From Candidatus Omnitrophota bacterium (GTDB taxonomy: Bacteria; Omnitrophota; Gorgyraeia; Zapsychrales; Zapsychraceae), in contig JAJDCB010000011.1 of the NCBI GenBank assembly GCA_029261065.1, forward strand, positions 111,168 through 175,167: a stretch of DNA of 64,000 bases, read 5' to 3'. The translations under genes and the position numbers were made by a program. The notes beneath the pieces were generated by a model, which ran no database searches, had not been told where the DNA came from, and saw nothing but the letters and a program-made list of their open reading frames with translations. Below, piece after piece: positions 24,301-34,605 of this stretch (position 1 is its first letter; each line of letters starts with the position of its first letter).

Positions 24301-26118
24301 TTACGTGCGCAAGAATTGCTTATCCAAAAACCCCTCACTCATCTCAATAACCGTCGGCCTTCCATGAGGGCAGGTAAAGGGATCTAAACATTGAAGTAAT
24401 TGTTCGCGTTGATATTCGGCTTGTTGTTGATTGAGTTTATCTCCAGCCATGATGGATGAGCGGCAGGCTCGGCGGGCGATCGTGTCATGGTCGCATTTGG
24501 AGATGTTTTCACCAGCCAAGAGATGGCGGACGGCTTTCTCGACATCTTTGATGAGTTGTGGGTAGGTGTGAATGGCTATTGTGTCATCATCCCATTGTGT
24601 ACTTTCTAATCCCATTTCTTTTAGTTTTTCTTTCGATTCTTCCCACACCAAAATTTCTTGAGGAGTAAGTTTTATTGATACAGGGGCAAGAAGATGTTGC
24701 ACTTCTAAGTTGTTGTTTTGCATTTGGCGAATTAATTGTTCGTAGGTGATGCGTTCGGCAGCGGCATGTTGGTCGACAACTAAAAGGGAATGACCCGATT
24801 CAAACAAGATGAATTTATTGATAAAGGATCCGATGTATCGCGCTTGTTCTAATTTTAATTGCAAACTATCCTGACTTTGTGCGTTTAAAGCATCATCGGG
24901 AATAAACATCTCTTGAGTTTGTCCGCCACGGGGATAAGCGTATTCTTCTAACGCAACTTCTCTTCTTGGAGACGCGCTGGAAGAAGAGGAATCAAATAAT
25001 CGTTCGGGGGGGCTGTCTGGTTGTCGCTCATAAGGGTTGCTTGCCGAAAGCGCGCGCGAAATAGTGTTGTTACCGGTGGCATCGTCATCATCATCAGCGA
25101 CAACCGCTTGTTTACTTTGACCTTTTGACATTAACGTGTTCTGACATAAGATTCGTAATAACGAACATAACCCACGTTCATCTTTAATTTTAACCTCACG
25201 CTTGGTGGGGTGAATATTAACATCCACCTCATCAGCGGGAATGGTGAGGTCGATCATAAAAAAGGGAAAGAAATCTGGCGGCAAAATTAGACGGAACACT
25301 TGGTTTAAGTGAAAAGAAATACTTTTGTTAAAGACTGGGCGGCCATTGATAAAAACAAATTGCATGTCACGTCTGGGGCGCCGAATATTCATATCTCCTA
25401 AAACAACTTTGACCTTACAGCCGCGATCCGGAATGTCTTCTTCGGCTTCAAGGAGATGTTTAGAATCAAAATTAAGAGCCTCAGAAATACGGGTGACAAG
25501 ATTTTCTTGTGGCATAACATCAACAAGCGTTTTACCTTGATGCGTTAAAAGAAAACGAATGTCTTTATGATAGAGTGTGTAGGGGATAAAAGTATCGAGA
25601 ACTTGATGAATTTCTGTAGAATTTGTTTTTAAGAAATTTTTACGCGCAGGTGTATTAAAGAAAAGTTCTTTAATCTCAATTTCTGTTCCTTTGGTGTTAA
25701 AGGCGCAAGGTTTAATATGTTGCTTCTCAGAACCCCGTAAATAAATTTCCCAGCCAGATTCTTGAGCATCTGTTTTTGAACGTAAAATAATATCAGAAAT
25801 AGCAGCTACACTATATAACGCCTCACCACGAAAACCCAAAGACATGATGTTGAATAAATCATCAAGCGATTGAATCTTACTAGTCGCATGACGTAAAAAA
25901 ATTGTCTCAAGATCATCTTTACCGATACCAGAACCATTATCTTTAATATGGATAAGAGACTTACCTGCATCTTTAAGGTGTAGTTCGATAGATGTTGATT
26001 CGGCATCAATGGAGTTTTCCATTAATTCTTTAACGACGGATGCCGGACGCTCGATGATTTCACCGGCGGCGATTTTGCTGATGATGTCGGGGGGTAATAT
26101 GTGGACTTTATTTTTCAT
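24301..26118 (-). CDS. mutL: DNA mismatch repair protein MutL
   Basis: IAAGEIIERPASVVKELMENSIDA, GFRGEAL, DVNIHPTKREV, DQHAAAER, CPHGRP. Start moved to ATG 26118 because the upstream extension is repeat DNA. Confidence 0.97.
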   Translation of the reverse strand: MKNKVHILPPDIISKIAAGEIIERPASVVKELMENSIDAESTSIELHLKDAGKSLIHIKDNGSGIGKDDLETIFLRHATSKIQSLDDLFNIMSLGFRGEALYSVAAISDIILRSKTDAQESGWEIYLRGSEKQHIKPCAFNTKGTEIEIKELFFNTPARKNFLKTNSTEIHQVLDTFIPYTLYHKDIRFLLTHQGKTLVDVMPQENLVTRISEALNFDSKHLLEAEEDIPDRGCKVKVVLGDMNIRRPRRDMQFVFINGRPVFNKSISFHLNQVFRLILPPDFFPFFMIDLTIPADEVDVNIHPTKREVKIKDERGLCSLLRILCQNTLMSKGQSKQAVVADDDDDATGNNTISRALSASNPYERQPDSPPERLFDSSSSSASPRREVALEEYAYPRGGQTQEMFIPDDALNAQSQDSLQLKLEQARYIGSFINKFILFESGHSLLVVDQHAAAERITYEQLIRQMQNNNLEVQHLLAPVSIKLTPQEILVWEESKEKLKEMGLESTQWDDDTIAIHTYPQLIKDVEKAVRHLLAGENISKCDHDTIARRACRSSIMAGDKLNQQQAEYQREQLLQCLDPFTCPHGRPTVIEMSEGFLDKQFLRT

Positions 26119-26134
26119 GGTTTTAAATAATGCT

Positions 26135-26354
26135 GCAAGGAATAACCAAGTTACAAGGTACAAGATATCCGGCCTACGGCCGGACCACTGTGGGCAAAAA
26201 AGAAACAATACCCAATTCCAAATAATCAAACATTTGGTAATTTGGTTATTTTCTGGTTATTTTGTAATTGATTGTTGGTTATTTTTTGCCCCGCTTTTTG
26301 CGGGGTCCCGCCAAAGGCGGGATAACTTGTACCTTGTAACTTGGTTATTCTTGC
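26135..26354. repeat. Composite palindromic element (MITE-like), copy A, between mutS and mutL
   Basis: Terminal IR GCAAG(G)AATAACCAAGTTACAAGGTACAAG / CTTGTACCTTGTAACTTGGTTATTCTTGC; internal CCCGCCAAAGGCGGG hairpins and TTGGTTA-type heptamers. Confidence 0.85.
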
Positions 26355-26371
26355 GAGTTTTAGTAAATAAG

Positions 26372-28975
26372 CTATCTGTTTTTATTTATTTCTTTCTGCC
26401 ACGTCACCACCCAATTAACCACCTCAACCGGCGTCATCTCATTAACATCTAACGCCTCAATCGCCTCACGCATCTTGGCAGCTACAGGGTCTGGTGCAGG
26501 TGAAAACAAATTTAATTGATCTTCACTTGATGGTTTTGTATCAATTTGATTCTTAACATCACTCTTTAATTCTAATTGTGTCAAAATTTCTTTAGCGCGA
26601 TTGATGATATTATGAGGAATACCAGCGAGTTTTGCAACATAAATACCATAGCTATCATCTGTACTACCAGGCACAATTTTATGAAGGAAGATTATTTCAT
26701 CTTTCCATTCTTTAACGGCAACATTATAATTTTTTACACCAGGATGCTTCTCAGCTAAGACGGTTAGTTCGTGAAAATGGGTGGCAAATAATGTTCGTGC
26801 TTTTGTATGAGAAAAATGTTCCGCTAAAGCCCAAGCCAAACTTAATCCATCATAAGTGCTTGTCCCACGACCAATTTCATCAAGAATAATTAAGCTGCGA
26901 TCTGTAAAATTATTGAGGATGTCGGCGGTCTCATTCATCTCAACCATAAACGTGCTTTGTCCTTTACTAATATCATCATGCGCACCAATGCGTGTAAAAA
27001 TTTTATCCACGATACCAATATGAGCGCTTTGGGCAGGAATAAAACTGCCTACTTGAGCCATGATGGTAAGAATTGCTGTCTGGCGGATATAAGTCGATTT
27101 ACCGGCCATGTTAGGTCCAGTAAGAATAACAAGATGGTCGTCGTTGGAATCAAGTAAGGTGTCATTAGCGACAAAAGTCTCCGTTGTCGTCCGTTCCACA
27201 AAGGGATGCCGTCCCGCTTTAATATCAAGAAGCGCGTCTTCGTGAATGTGTGGGCACACATAATTATGTGATTGCGCTAAAACAGTGAAGGAATAAATAC
27301 AATCAATGGTTGCGATGTTGTGACAGAATTTGTGTAATTCGATGGAGTGATCAAGAATACGTTTTTGAATTTCTTGGATGATGCGATGTTCGATCTTTAA
27401 AATTTTATCTTGGGCAGTAAGAATTTTTTCTTCGTATTCTTTGAGTTTTGGTGTGATGTAACGCTCGGCGTTAACGAGTGTTTGTTTGCGAATAAAATCG
27501 GCTGGAACGTTTTTGGAATGTAGCTTTGTCACTTCGATGTAATAGCCAAAGACTCTGTTAAATCCAATTTTAAGCGAATTAATACCGCTGCGTTTGATTT
27601 CTTCCGCTTGCAAACTTTTAAGCCAACCTTGTCCTGTTTCTTGGATCGCACGCAACTCATCTAATTCTTTATCATATCCCTTTTTAATCACTTTGCCTTC
27701 GGGTTTGGATAAAGGAATGTCTTCATTAATCGTCTCTAGTAAAAATTTACGAAGTTCGGGGATATCATCTAATTGAAATAAACTATTGCTACCTTTAAGA
27801 GGTTTGATAACGTCATTGATTTTTGGTAATAGGTTTAATGTGTTTCGAATAGCCAGGAGATCTTTTGCATGAGTATAGCCGCAGCTTAGTCGTGAAATGT
27901 TTTTTTCGATATCAGGAATTTGATCAAGACATTCTTTTAGCTGCTGTTGAATTTCAGTGTGATCTTTAAGATGTTTGGTTGCTTCTTGACGTTGTTTGAT
28001 TGAATTTTCTTTTTTCAAAGGATGTAGGTACCAATAGGAAAATAATCGTCGTCCTAAGGGCGTTAATGTTTCATCAAGGGTTTTGATAAGCGTGTGTAAT
28101 TCTAGTCCGTGATAAGCGGCAGGAGAGATGTAAACAAAATTTTCGCTTGTATAAAGGGAAAGTTTATCCACATGTTGTAAGGGTTGTTTGTTCATCGCCT
28201 TTAGATACTCGATTAATGCACCCGTACTAGATATAGCAGAGTTTCGATCCTCGATTCCAAAACCGTTTAAATTTTTAACATGAAAATGATTCAGCAAAGT
28301 TTGTTTAGCCATATCAAGACTAAAGGTCCAATCGTCGCATGGGCTTAATGTGATAGTTTTGGATTGAAGAAGGGGGTTTTTAAAAATTTCTTGTATGATT
28401 TCTTCTTTAGATTCTGGATAAATACATTCATAAACAGGAAGTTTGGTTAGAAGTTCGATAAGTCGATGTTGATTTAAGGGAAATTGATTTGTTTGGACTT
28501 GACCGATCGCTGGATCAATAAAAGAAATTCCCATGTGTTTGGAATCAGGGCTAAGCGCAAAAATATAACGGGAGGCTGTTGAGTTTTCATCGAGGTAGGT
28601 TCCTGATGTAATGGTGCGAATGACATCTCGTTTGACAATGCCTTGAGCGGTAGCCGGATCTTCAACTTGTTCGCAGATAGCGACTTTGTGTCCTGCTTTA
28701 ATGAGACGCGCAATATAATTTTCAGCCGAATGATGAGGAACTCCGCACATCGGCACACGATTTGCACTTCCTTTTCCACGAGCTGTCAAAACAAGATCGA
28801 GGACCTTCGAACCGATCTTGGCATCTTCAAAAAACATTTCATAGAAATCACCTAGTCGATAAAAAAGAATACTACCTGGATGTTTGGCTTTGAGGGCTTG
28901 ATACTGGCGAAGCATGGGAGTTGTTGATGCTTCAGAGGACGTTTTTGAGGGCACGGTGGAGCTGGGCACGTTCAT
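26372..28975 (-). CDS. mutS: DNA mismatch repair protein MutS
   Basis: TPMLRQY, LFYRLGDFYEMF, TGPNMAGKSTY, STFMVEM, DEIGRGTST, SYGIYVA. Start moved to ATG 28975. Confidence 0.98.
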   Translation of the reverse strand: MNVPSSTVPSKTSSEASTTPMLRQYQALKAKHPGSILFYRLGDFYEMFFEDAKIGSKVLDLVLTARGKGSANRVPMCGVPHHSAENYIARLIKAGHKVAICEQVEDPATAQGIVKRDVIRTITSGTYLDENSTASRYIFALSPDSKHMGISFIDPAIGQVQTNQFPLNQHRLIELLTKLPVYECIYPESKEEIIQEIFKNPLLQSKTITLSPCDDWTFSLDMAKQTLLNHFHVKNLNGFGIEDRNSAISSTGALIEYLKAMNKQPLQHVDKLSLYTSENFVYISPAAYHGLELHTLIKTLDETLTPLGRRLFSYWYLHPLKKENSIKQRQEATKHLKDHTEIQQQLKECLDQIPDIEKNISRLSCGYTHAKDLLAIRNTLNLLPKINDVIKPLKGSNSLFQLDDIPELRKFLLETINEDIPLSKPEGKVIKKGYDKELDELRAIQETGQGWLKSLQAEEIKRSGINSLKIGFNRVFGYYIEVTKLHSKNVPADFIRKQTLVNAERYITPKLKEYEEKILTAQDKILKIEHRIIQEIQKRILDHSIELHKFCHNIATIDCIYSFTVLAQSHNYVCPHIHEDALLDIKAGRHPFVERTTTETFVANDTLLDSNDDHLVILTGPNMAGKSTYIRQTAILTIMAQVGSFIPAQSAHIGIVDKIFTRIGAHDDISKGQSTFMVEMNETADILNNFTDRSLIILDEIGRGTSTYDGLSLAWALAEHFSHTKARTLFATHFHELTVLAEKHPGVKNYNVAVKEWKDEIIFLHKIVPGSTDDSYGIYVAKLAGIPHNIINRAKEILTQLELKSDVKNQIDTKPSSEDQLNLFSPAPDPVAAKMREAIEALDVNEMTPVEVVNWVVTWQKEINKNR

Positions 28976-29029
28976 AGGGAAGATGATAGCATAATGGGGC
29001 AGGGGTGGCGAGTAAAAATTAGAAAGTGA

Positions 29030-29289
29030 GGCAGGAATAACCAAGATACAAGATATCCCGCCTTTGGCGGGACCAAGGCAAGATACTCCGCTTTTAGCGG
29101 GGCCCCGCGAAAAGCGGGGCAAAAAATAACCAATAATCAATTTTAAAATAACCAGAGAATGATCAATCAACCAAACGTTTGAATATTTGGAATTGGGTAT
29201 TGTTTCTTTTTTGCCCGGCCCCGCCAAGGCGGGCCGAGGTCCGGCCAAAGGCCGGATTTCTTGTATCTTGTATCTTGGTTATTCCTGCC
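29030..29289. repeat. Composite palindromic element, copy B (inverted relative to copy A), upstream of mutS
   Basis: IR GGCAGGAATAACCAAGATACAAGATA / TATCTTGTATCTTGGTTATTCCTGCC; the interior is the reverse complement of the 26135-26354 interior (e.g. GGGCAAAAAAGAAACAATACCCAATTCCAAATA). Confidence 0.85.
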
Positions 29290-29402
29290 AGTTTTACCCC
29301 CAGTACTCGGACATCCCCCCCCTTGCACCCCTATATATTAATGGTATACTTCCATCAGACGTTAAATTTAGGCAATAATCTTCCAAAATAAATGGGAGCA
29401 AT

Positions 29403-30494
29403 ATGATGAAAATTTTAAATATCACTGTTTATATATTTGTTGCAACATTTTTGTTTTCAAGTACTTACGATGTATCAGCTTTAGAGGAAAATCGTAGGAC
29501 CCCAGCGGATTTTCTTGTGGAGGTGGGCAAAACTGACCTTCAAAAGGGGAATATCCAGCAGGCCATTCATGAGTTTAGTAAGGCCCTTATGATGGACCCT
29601 CATCATAAGGAAGCCAAGCAGCTTTTAGTCCAATTTGGCATTGAAGATGGGCTGTATACTAAGCAAAAGACGCATTTAAGCCGCATTTCCGATATGGGTG
29701 ATCATATCCGCTCTTACCGCGCCAAACTAGAAGATTTAGAGCGTCAAAAGGCTGACCTTAAAAATCAATTTGCACGATTACAGGTTGAGCATTTTTCAAT
29801 TATCAGAGAAAATAAAAATAAAGACCTAGAGATTTCAAAGCTCAAAACCACAATCACCGCGATCCAAAAGACAGCCAATCATAATAAGGGTATTTATGAA
29901 GGCAAGGTCGGTCAAATGGATCAGGCAAACGAATATCATCGTGAAAGTCTGCTTGATATGCAGGAGGCGATGAACCAAGAAAAGGAAGCTGCATTAGCAC
30001 CGCTTGCTAATCATAGAAAATTGAAGCAAAATTATGAAGCATATCACGATAAATTCGATAAGAGTATTGAGTATTCTGCGTATTTAGAAGAGGAGTTATT
30101 AAGCCTTTCCGATAAATATCATTCCTTAAACAGTCAAATTTCTGATCAGTATGTTCATCAAGATAAACTGATTCATGTATTAGAAGATTATCTTAAGCTT
30201 CGTGAAGCAAGTTTAGACGATGCTTTGGATGAGGCGTTATATAAGCACGTTGATTTGACTCAGGCGGACAGTATGGTTTTAGCCAAATTAAATGAGCTTA
30301 TTGACTTACATGATGATGTGGATCAAAAACGAAATCGTATTGATGATCTTCATGATGATCTGATGATTAGTAAAGATATGATCTTGGATCGCAATAAGGA
30401 GATTAATGATTTACAAGAAGAAATACAAGGGGCGGATCATTATATTCAAATCCTCTTGGATGAGCAGCGCGAGAAGAGAGAAATGTTAGAATAA
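29403..30494 (+). CDS. Exported protein with one TPR-like repeat and a long coiled coil
   Basis: Signal peptide ending VSA; GNIQQAIHEFSKALMMDPHHKEA; heptad-rich remainder. Confidence 0.75.
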   Translation: MMKILNITVYIFVATFLFSSTYDVSALEENRRTPADFLVEVGKTDLQKGNIQQAIHEFSKALMMDPHHKEAKQLLVQFGIEDGLYTKQKTHLSRISDMGDHIRSYRAKLEDLERQKADLKNQFARLQVEHFSIIRENKNKDLEISKLKTTITAIQKTANHNKGIYEGKVGQMDQANEYHRESLLDMQEAMNQEKEAALAPLANHRKLKQNYEAYHDKFDKSIEYSAYLEEELLSLSDKYHSLNSQISDQYVHQDKLIHVLEDYLKLREASLDDALDEALYKHVDLTQADSMVLAKLNELIDLHDDVDQKRNRIDDLHDDLMISKDMILDRNKEINDLQEEIQGADHYIQILLDEQREKREMLE

Positions 30495-30576
30495 GAAATT
30501 CTGGCTAATCGTTCTACTCATGCTATAATTTATTTACCATAAATTATTCAACTTTACCATTCCCCCTTATGAGGGA

Positions 30577-30909
30577 ATGGTTTTATTTTTTTCTATGAAA
30601 AAATGTCCTATATGTGAAGGTGAGTTTAAAGATACAGCAACACATTGCACACGATGCGTTGTTGAATTAGAAGAAATGAGCAAGGAAGAGGCCTTTGAAA
30701 AAGGTTTAAGCTCCTTAGATGACGACTACTCTTATTCTCAAGAAGGTCAGGAAGATGAGGGTGATGACAAAGATGAAGGGAAAGAAATCACCGTTTCTGG
30801 CTATCGCAAAGAAGAAGATGAGTTTTCTATGAGTATGGTAAAAGTCATTGTTATTTTTCTTGGTCTAGCTTTTCTCATGAATTTAATTTTCGTTATGTTT
30901 ATCAGGTAA
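30577..30909 (+). CDS. Hypothetical protein with N-terminal CxxC..CxxC zinc ribbon and C-terminal TM helix
   Basis: CPIC...CTRC, acidic linker, hydrophobic tail; alternative start at 30595. Confidence 0.65.
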   Translation: MVLFFSMKKCPICEGEFKDTATHCTRCVVELEEMSKEEAFEKGLSSLDDDYSYSQEGQEDEGDDKDEGKEITVSGYRKEEDEFSMSMVKVIVIFLGLAFLMNLIFVMFIR

Positions 30910-31077
30910 TTTCGAAGCTTTAACGAAATTTCAGGTTGGTTTAATAACCCTGTAGTTTGTTTTGGGGTTCATAACTTTGATTAAGTAATTGTTATCCTCT
31001 ACAATGCCGAGACGTTATCCCGAGTTTAACTGTTTTTCATTTGTGAGAAATCATAAATTAGGAGAAGGCTGTTTCAC

Positions 31078-32802
31078 ATGAACCCAAAGGCCAATTCTCG
31101 GATTACGTTTCATTGGAATCTAAAATCTATTCTCGCCCTTTTAGTATTAATCTTTTCAGCGTTTTTATTGTATTTTCATACGCGTGATTTCAAATTAACT
31201 TATCTAGATGATAACGTTTGGATTCTTGATTATCATTGGTATTTAAAAGACATTAAAAACGTTCCCGCATTATTCACCAGTCCTGATTTTTTGTCAGGCG
31301 TTTTTTATCGCCCCATTCAAAACCTTTCTTTTATGCTTAATTCGTGGAGCACGGGACAAAACGTGGCTGCTTTTCGAATATCGAATATGGTTGTTCATTC
31401 CTTTAACATTTGTTTTATATTTTTAATTTTAAAAGCTATGAAGTATTCTTTAGAGGCTTGCTTTTGGGCAACACTTATTTTTTGTGTGCATCCGCTATTA
31501 ACCTCAGCTGTTGTATGGATTCCCGGTCGGACAGATGCTTTTTTGGCGTTCTTTGTATTATTGTCATTTTTATCTTTTTTGAAGTATCACAGCTCGAATC
31601 GTTTTCATTTTTTAATATGGCACATATTATGTTTTATTTTAGCTTTATTAACAAAAGAAACCGCTGTTGCGATTCCTGTAATGTCATTTTTGTATATTGC
31701 TTTTTTTTCAAAAGATAACATTAAACAAAAGCCCTATGTGTGGCTCTATTGTTGTTGGGCTCTTGTTATCGTAACTTTTCTCATTATTAGAGCTGTGATT
31801 CTTAAAGATTCTAGTGGTGTCAATGTGGCCGTTGCTTTTTCGTCAATGCTGTCCAATGCCCCTGCCATGATCTCTTATTTTGGAAAAGCTTTTCTGCCCG
31901 TCAATGTCTCAGTGCTTCCTATATTAAAAGATTTAACGTTAACATACGGTTTTATGGCTTTTGCTATTTGCGTCTGGGGTTTAAGTGTCTCCAAACGTAG
32001 ACGAACGTCCAATGTCCTCTATGGATTTTTATGGTTTCTGATTTTTTTAGCCCCATCCTTAGTGCTTAGTTTCTTGAAGCATGAATATAGGGTGTATATA
32101 CCTTTGTTTGGTTTGCTTCTTATTTTTTTGGAAATGGATTTATTTCGTTTTGATAACACCGTAGAGGATTCGAGTCAACGTAAAACGGTGGCTCGATTGA
32201 TTTGTGTGATTATTGTTGTTTGTTTTGCTGGGGTCACACTTACACATAGTCAACACTACAAAGACAGATTTGCGTTTTGGAATAATGCTGTTAAACATTC
32301 CCCTCATTCTCCTTTGGCCCAGCGTAACTTAGGGGCCATGTTATATTTAGAAGGGGATTTAATGCAGGCTGAGAAACATTTTCAAAAGGCGCTTGAGCTT
32401 AATCCTAAAGAACGAATGGCGCATAATAATTTGGGATTGATTTATGTGCAACAAAAACGATACAAGGATGCTGAGAGGGAATATAATTTAGAAATTAACA
32501 TAAATCCAACTTATGATAATGTATACTACAATTTAGGTCTGCTCTATTACTTTAATGGTCCGAAACAAAAGTCGAAAGAGCTTTGGCAAAAGGCTGTTGA
32601 ACTAAATCCCAAAAATGCGGGTGCTTATCTTAATTTGGCAAAGCTTGCGATGGAAGAAGGGCGTCTAAGGCAGGCTAAAGAATATTTAGATATTTTGCGT
32701 GAGAAGGGTGCGATTGGGGATGAGGAATATCAGAAGTATTTGCAGTTTATTGGACGTATAAAAAGTAATCGTGTCATCCCCGTGGAAGCGGGGAGCAAGT
32801 AA
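31078..32802 (+). CDS. TMTC-like GT-C membrane glycosyltransferase with C-terminal TPRs
   Basis: YLDD, FYRPI, HPLLTSAVVWIPGRTD, LLTKETA, YRVYIP, TPR tail. Confidence 0.85.
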   Translation: MNPKANSRITFHWNLKSILALLVLIFSAFLLYFHTRDFKLTYLDDNVWILDYHWYLKDIKNVPALFTSPDFLSGVFYRPIQNLSFMLNSWSTGQNVAAFRISNMVVHSFNICFIFLILKAMKYSLEACFWATLIFCVHPLLTSAVVWIPGRTDAFLAFFVLLSFLSFLKYHSSNRFHFLIWHILCFILALLTKETAVAIPVMSFLYIAFFSKDNIKQKPYVWLYCCWALVIVTFLIIRAVILKDSSGVNVAVAFSSMLSNAPAMISYFGKAFLPVNVSVLPILKDLTLTYGFMAFAICVWGLSVSKRRRTSNVLYGFLWFLIFLAPSLVLSFLKHEYRVYIPLFGLLLIFLEMDLFRFDNTVEDSSQRKTVARLICVIIVVCFAGVTLTHSQHYKDRFAFWNNAVKHSPHSPLAQRNLGAMLYLEGDLMQAEKHFQKALELNPKERMAHNNLGLIYVQQKRYKDAEREYNLEININPTYDNVYYNLGLLYYFNGPKQKSKELWQKAVELNPKNAGAYLNLAKLAMEEGRLRQAKEYLDILREKGAIGDEEYQKYLQFIGRIKSNRVIPVEAGSK

Positions 32803-32845
32803 TAGTTGTTATCGTGCACGGGTCCCCGCTTTCGCGGGGATGACA
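32772..32845. repeat. dRS3/REP-like palindromic repeat, copy 2 (supplies the last codons of the TMTC-like gene)
   Basis: TGTCATCCCCGTGGAAGCGGGG...CCCCGCTTTCGCGGGGATGACA; spacer CAAGTARTAGTTGTT shared with copy 1. Confidence 0.85.
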
Positions 32846-32858
32846 TTACGATTAATTT

Positions 32859-34067
32859 ATGAAAACATATCATCCTCTTAAAAAATTTATATTTACCGTC
32901 GCAGCATTTTTTATGTTTGCGCTATTTATTTTTATTATCGCCGAAATTGCTTTTCGTATTTTTCGCGGCCCACCCAACCCTCTTTCAGAGATTACCCAAA
33001 AACATTCTTCTTTCCTTTTTCAACCTAATACTGTTATGGAAAAATCTTCATCTAAAGAAGGGGAGTTTAGTTATACAGCACGTATTAATAATTTTGGATT
33101 TCGTGGAGATAAGATAGCGCTTGAGAAAACACCGGGTAAGCTGCGTATTATGACCGTTGGTGATTCCTTCACGTTTGGTGTTGGGGCAGAAGATAATGAA
33201 ACGATTGCTACGGTTATTCAACAAAGACTGATGAATCAAGGCGTTGCTGTTGAGATGATTAATGCAGGTATTGGTCATGCCTCTCCGATAACTCATTATG
33301 TGAATCTACGTGATAACCATTTAAAATTAAAACCAGATGTTGTGATTCTTTTGTTGGATTTAACAGACCTTTGGGATGATTGGCATACGGAGCGTAATGC
33401 TGTTTATGACAGAGATGGTGATATTGTTCGTTTTGATCCGATGTTTATTAATGGTAAAAGGGATTGGTGGATTACAGCTATTCATCATAGTGCCTTTTGT
33501 AAATATATTCAGAATAAAGTTGTGCGTACATTTAAAAAAATAGGAGAGCTGGGATTTAAAAATTATTTTAAAGCGGTTGTTGAAGGAAAGAGAGCCAAGG
33601 CTGTCATTATTAATACAAAGAAAAATATCTCTCAAGAAGCACAGATTGAGTATGATGGATTATTGATGATGCGAGGGAAGGAAAAAAAAGATTTAATTGA
33701 AAAACATTGGGTACGCAGCGCTGGTTATTTAAAAAAGATTAAAGGGATGTTGGATGAGCGCAACATTCCTATGATTCTAGTAACTTATCCTCATGGAATT
33801 TATGTCGGAGCCGATGAGTGGGAAAAGGGTCGCGAGACATGGGGTTTTGAATTGGGAAAACGTTATACGGATTATTATCCATTTGAATTGGTTGCAAGTT
33901 TTGCAAAAAAAGAAGGAATTGCCTTTATAAATACCGTCGACAAATTTCCGATTAGTGAAGGACAAATATATTTCTATAATTGGGATGGGCATATGACACC
34001 TAAAGGATATCAAACAGTGGCTGAGGGTATTGTTTCAAACCATGTATTTAAAGATATTGTGAAATAA
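32859..34067 (+). CDS. Membrane-anchored SGNH/GDSL hydrolase family protein
   Basis: N-terminal TM helix, INNFGFRG, VGDSFTFG, INAGIG, DGHMTPKGY. Confidence 0.85.
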   Translation: MKTYHPLKKFIFTVAAFFMFALFIFIIAEIAFRIFRGPPNPLSEITQKHSSFLFQPNTVMEKSSSKEGEFSYTARINNFGFRGDKIALEKTPGKLRIMTVGDSFTFGVGAEDNETIATVIQQRLMNQGVAVEMINAGIGHASPITHYVNLRDNHLKLKPDVVILLLDLTDLWDDWHTERNAVYDRDGDIVRFDPMFINGKRDWWITAIHHSAFCKYIQNKVVRTFKKIGELGFKNYFKAVVEGKRAKAVIINTKKNISQEAQIEYDGLLMMRGKEKKDLIEKHWVRSAGYLKKIKGMLDERNIPMILVTYPHGIYVGADEWEKGRETWGFELGKRYTDYYPFELVASFAKKEGIAFINTVDKFPISEGQIYFYNWDGHMTPKGYQTVAEGIVSNHVFKDIVK

Positions 34068-34095
34068 GTTTGTATGATTTAAAAAGGGGGAAGAT

Positions 34096-34593
34096 ATGGC
34101 TAAAACGAACAGTATGTTTGTCACAATCGGTCTAATTATTTGTATGGTGTTATTTGCTGTTCTTCTGCGTGAAACAAAATTAAAAATTGCGGGAGATGAG
34201 TCGTTACGTGAAACGTATTTAGAAAAAATGCAGAGTTCGATGTTTCATGGAGGCGCTTGGCAAGAGTGGAGTGAGAAGGAGAAAAAAACTTATCTTTTTG
34301 GACTTGAGGATGGCGCATTGAATGTGGCTGCCTATTACAAATTATCATGGGATGAACGTAATCGCGCTGTTAAGTCTTTACCGAGTTTTGGCGCCGCCGT
34401 TAGTCGCGATATGCTCATCCAAACGCTGGATGATTTTTATTCTGACCCCAATAATATCAACGTCGCGATCCCCCATGCTGTATTAAGAATCACCAACCAA
34501 GTCCTGGGCATCGAGGATCCCTTAGAAGAAAAACAAAATACATATTTCAGCCAAGAATTACAAAAATTCCACGACAATCAAAAAAACCCTTAG
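34096..34593 (+). CDS. Hypothetical membrane-anchored protein
   Basis: 165-aa ORF with GGGGG RBS-like sequence and N-terminal TM helix. Confidence 0.7.
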   Translation: MAKTNSMFVTIGLIICMVLFAVLLRETKLKIAGDESLRETYLEKMQSSMFHGGAWQEWSEKEKKTYLFGLEDGALNVAAYYKLSWDERNRAVKSLPSFGAAVSRDMLIQTLDDFYSDPNNINVAIPHAVLRITNQVLGIEDPLEEKQNTYFSQELQKFHDNQKNP

Positions 34594-34605
34594 GGTGAGT
34601 ATTTT

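Noticed and set aside
28976-29248. N-terminal extensions of MutS (to 29248) and MutL (26119-26229), and ORFs 26009-26452 and 29179-29391
   Set aside because: They read through the composite palindromic elements; the conserved N-termini begin at 28975 and 26118.
32964-32975. RGPP arrest-like motif after the TM helix of the SGNH protein
   Set aside because: A single tetrapeptide in an ordinary enzyme, without leader-peptide architecture; likely chance.
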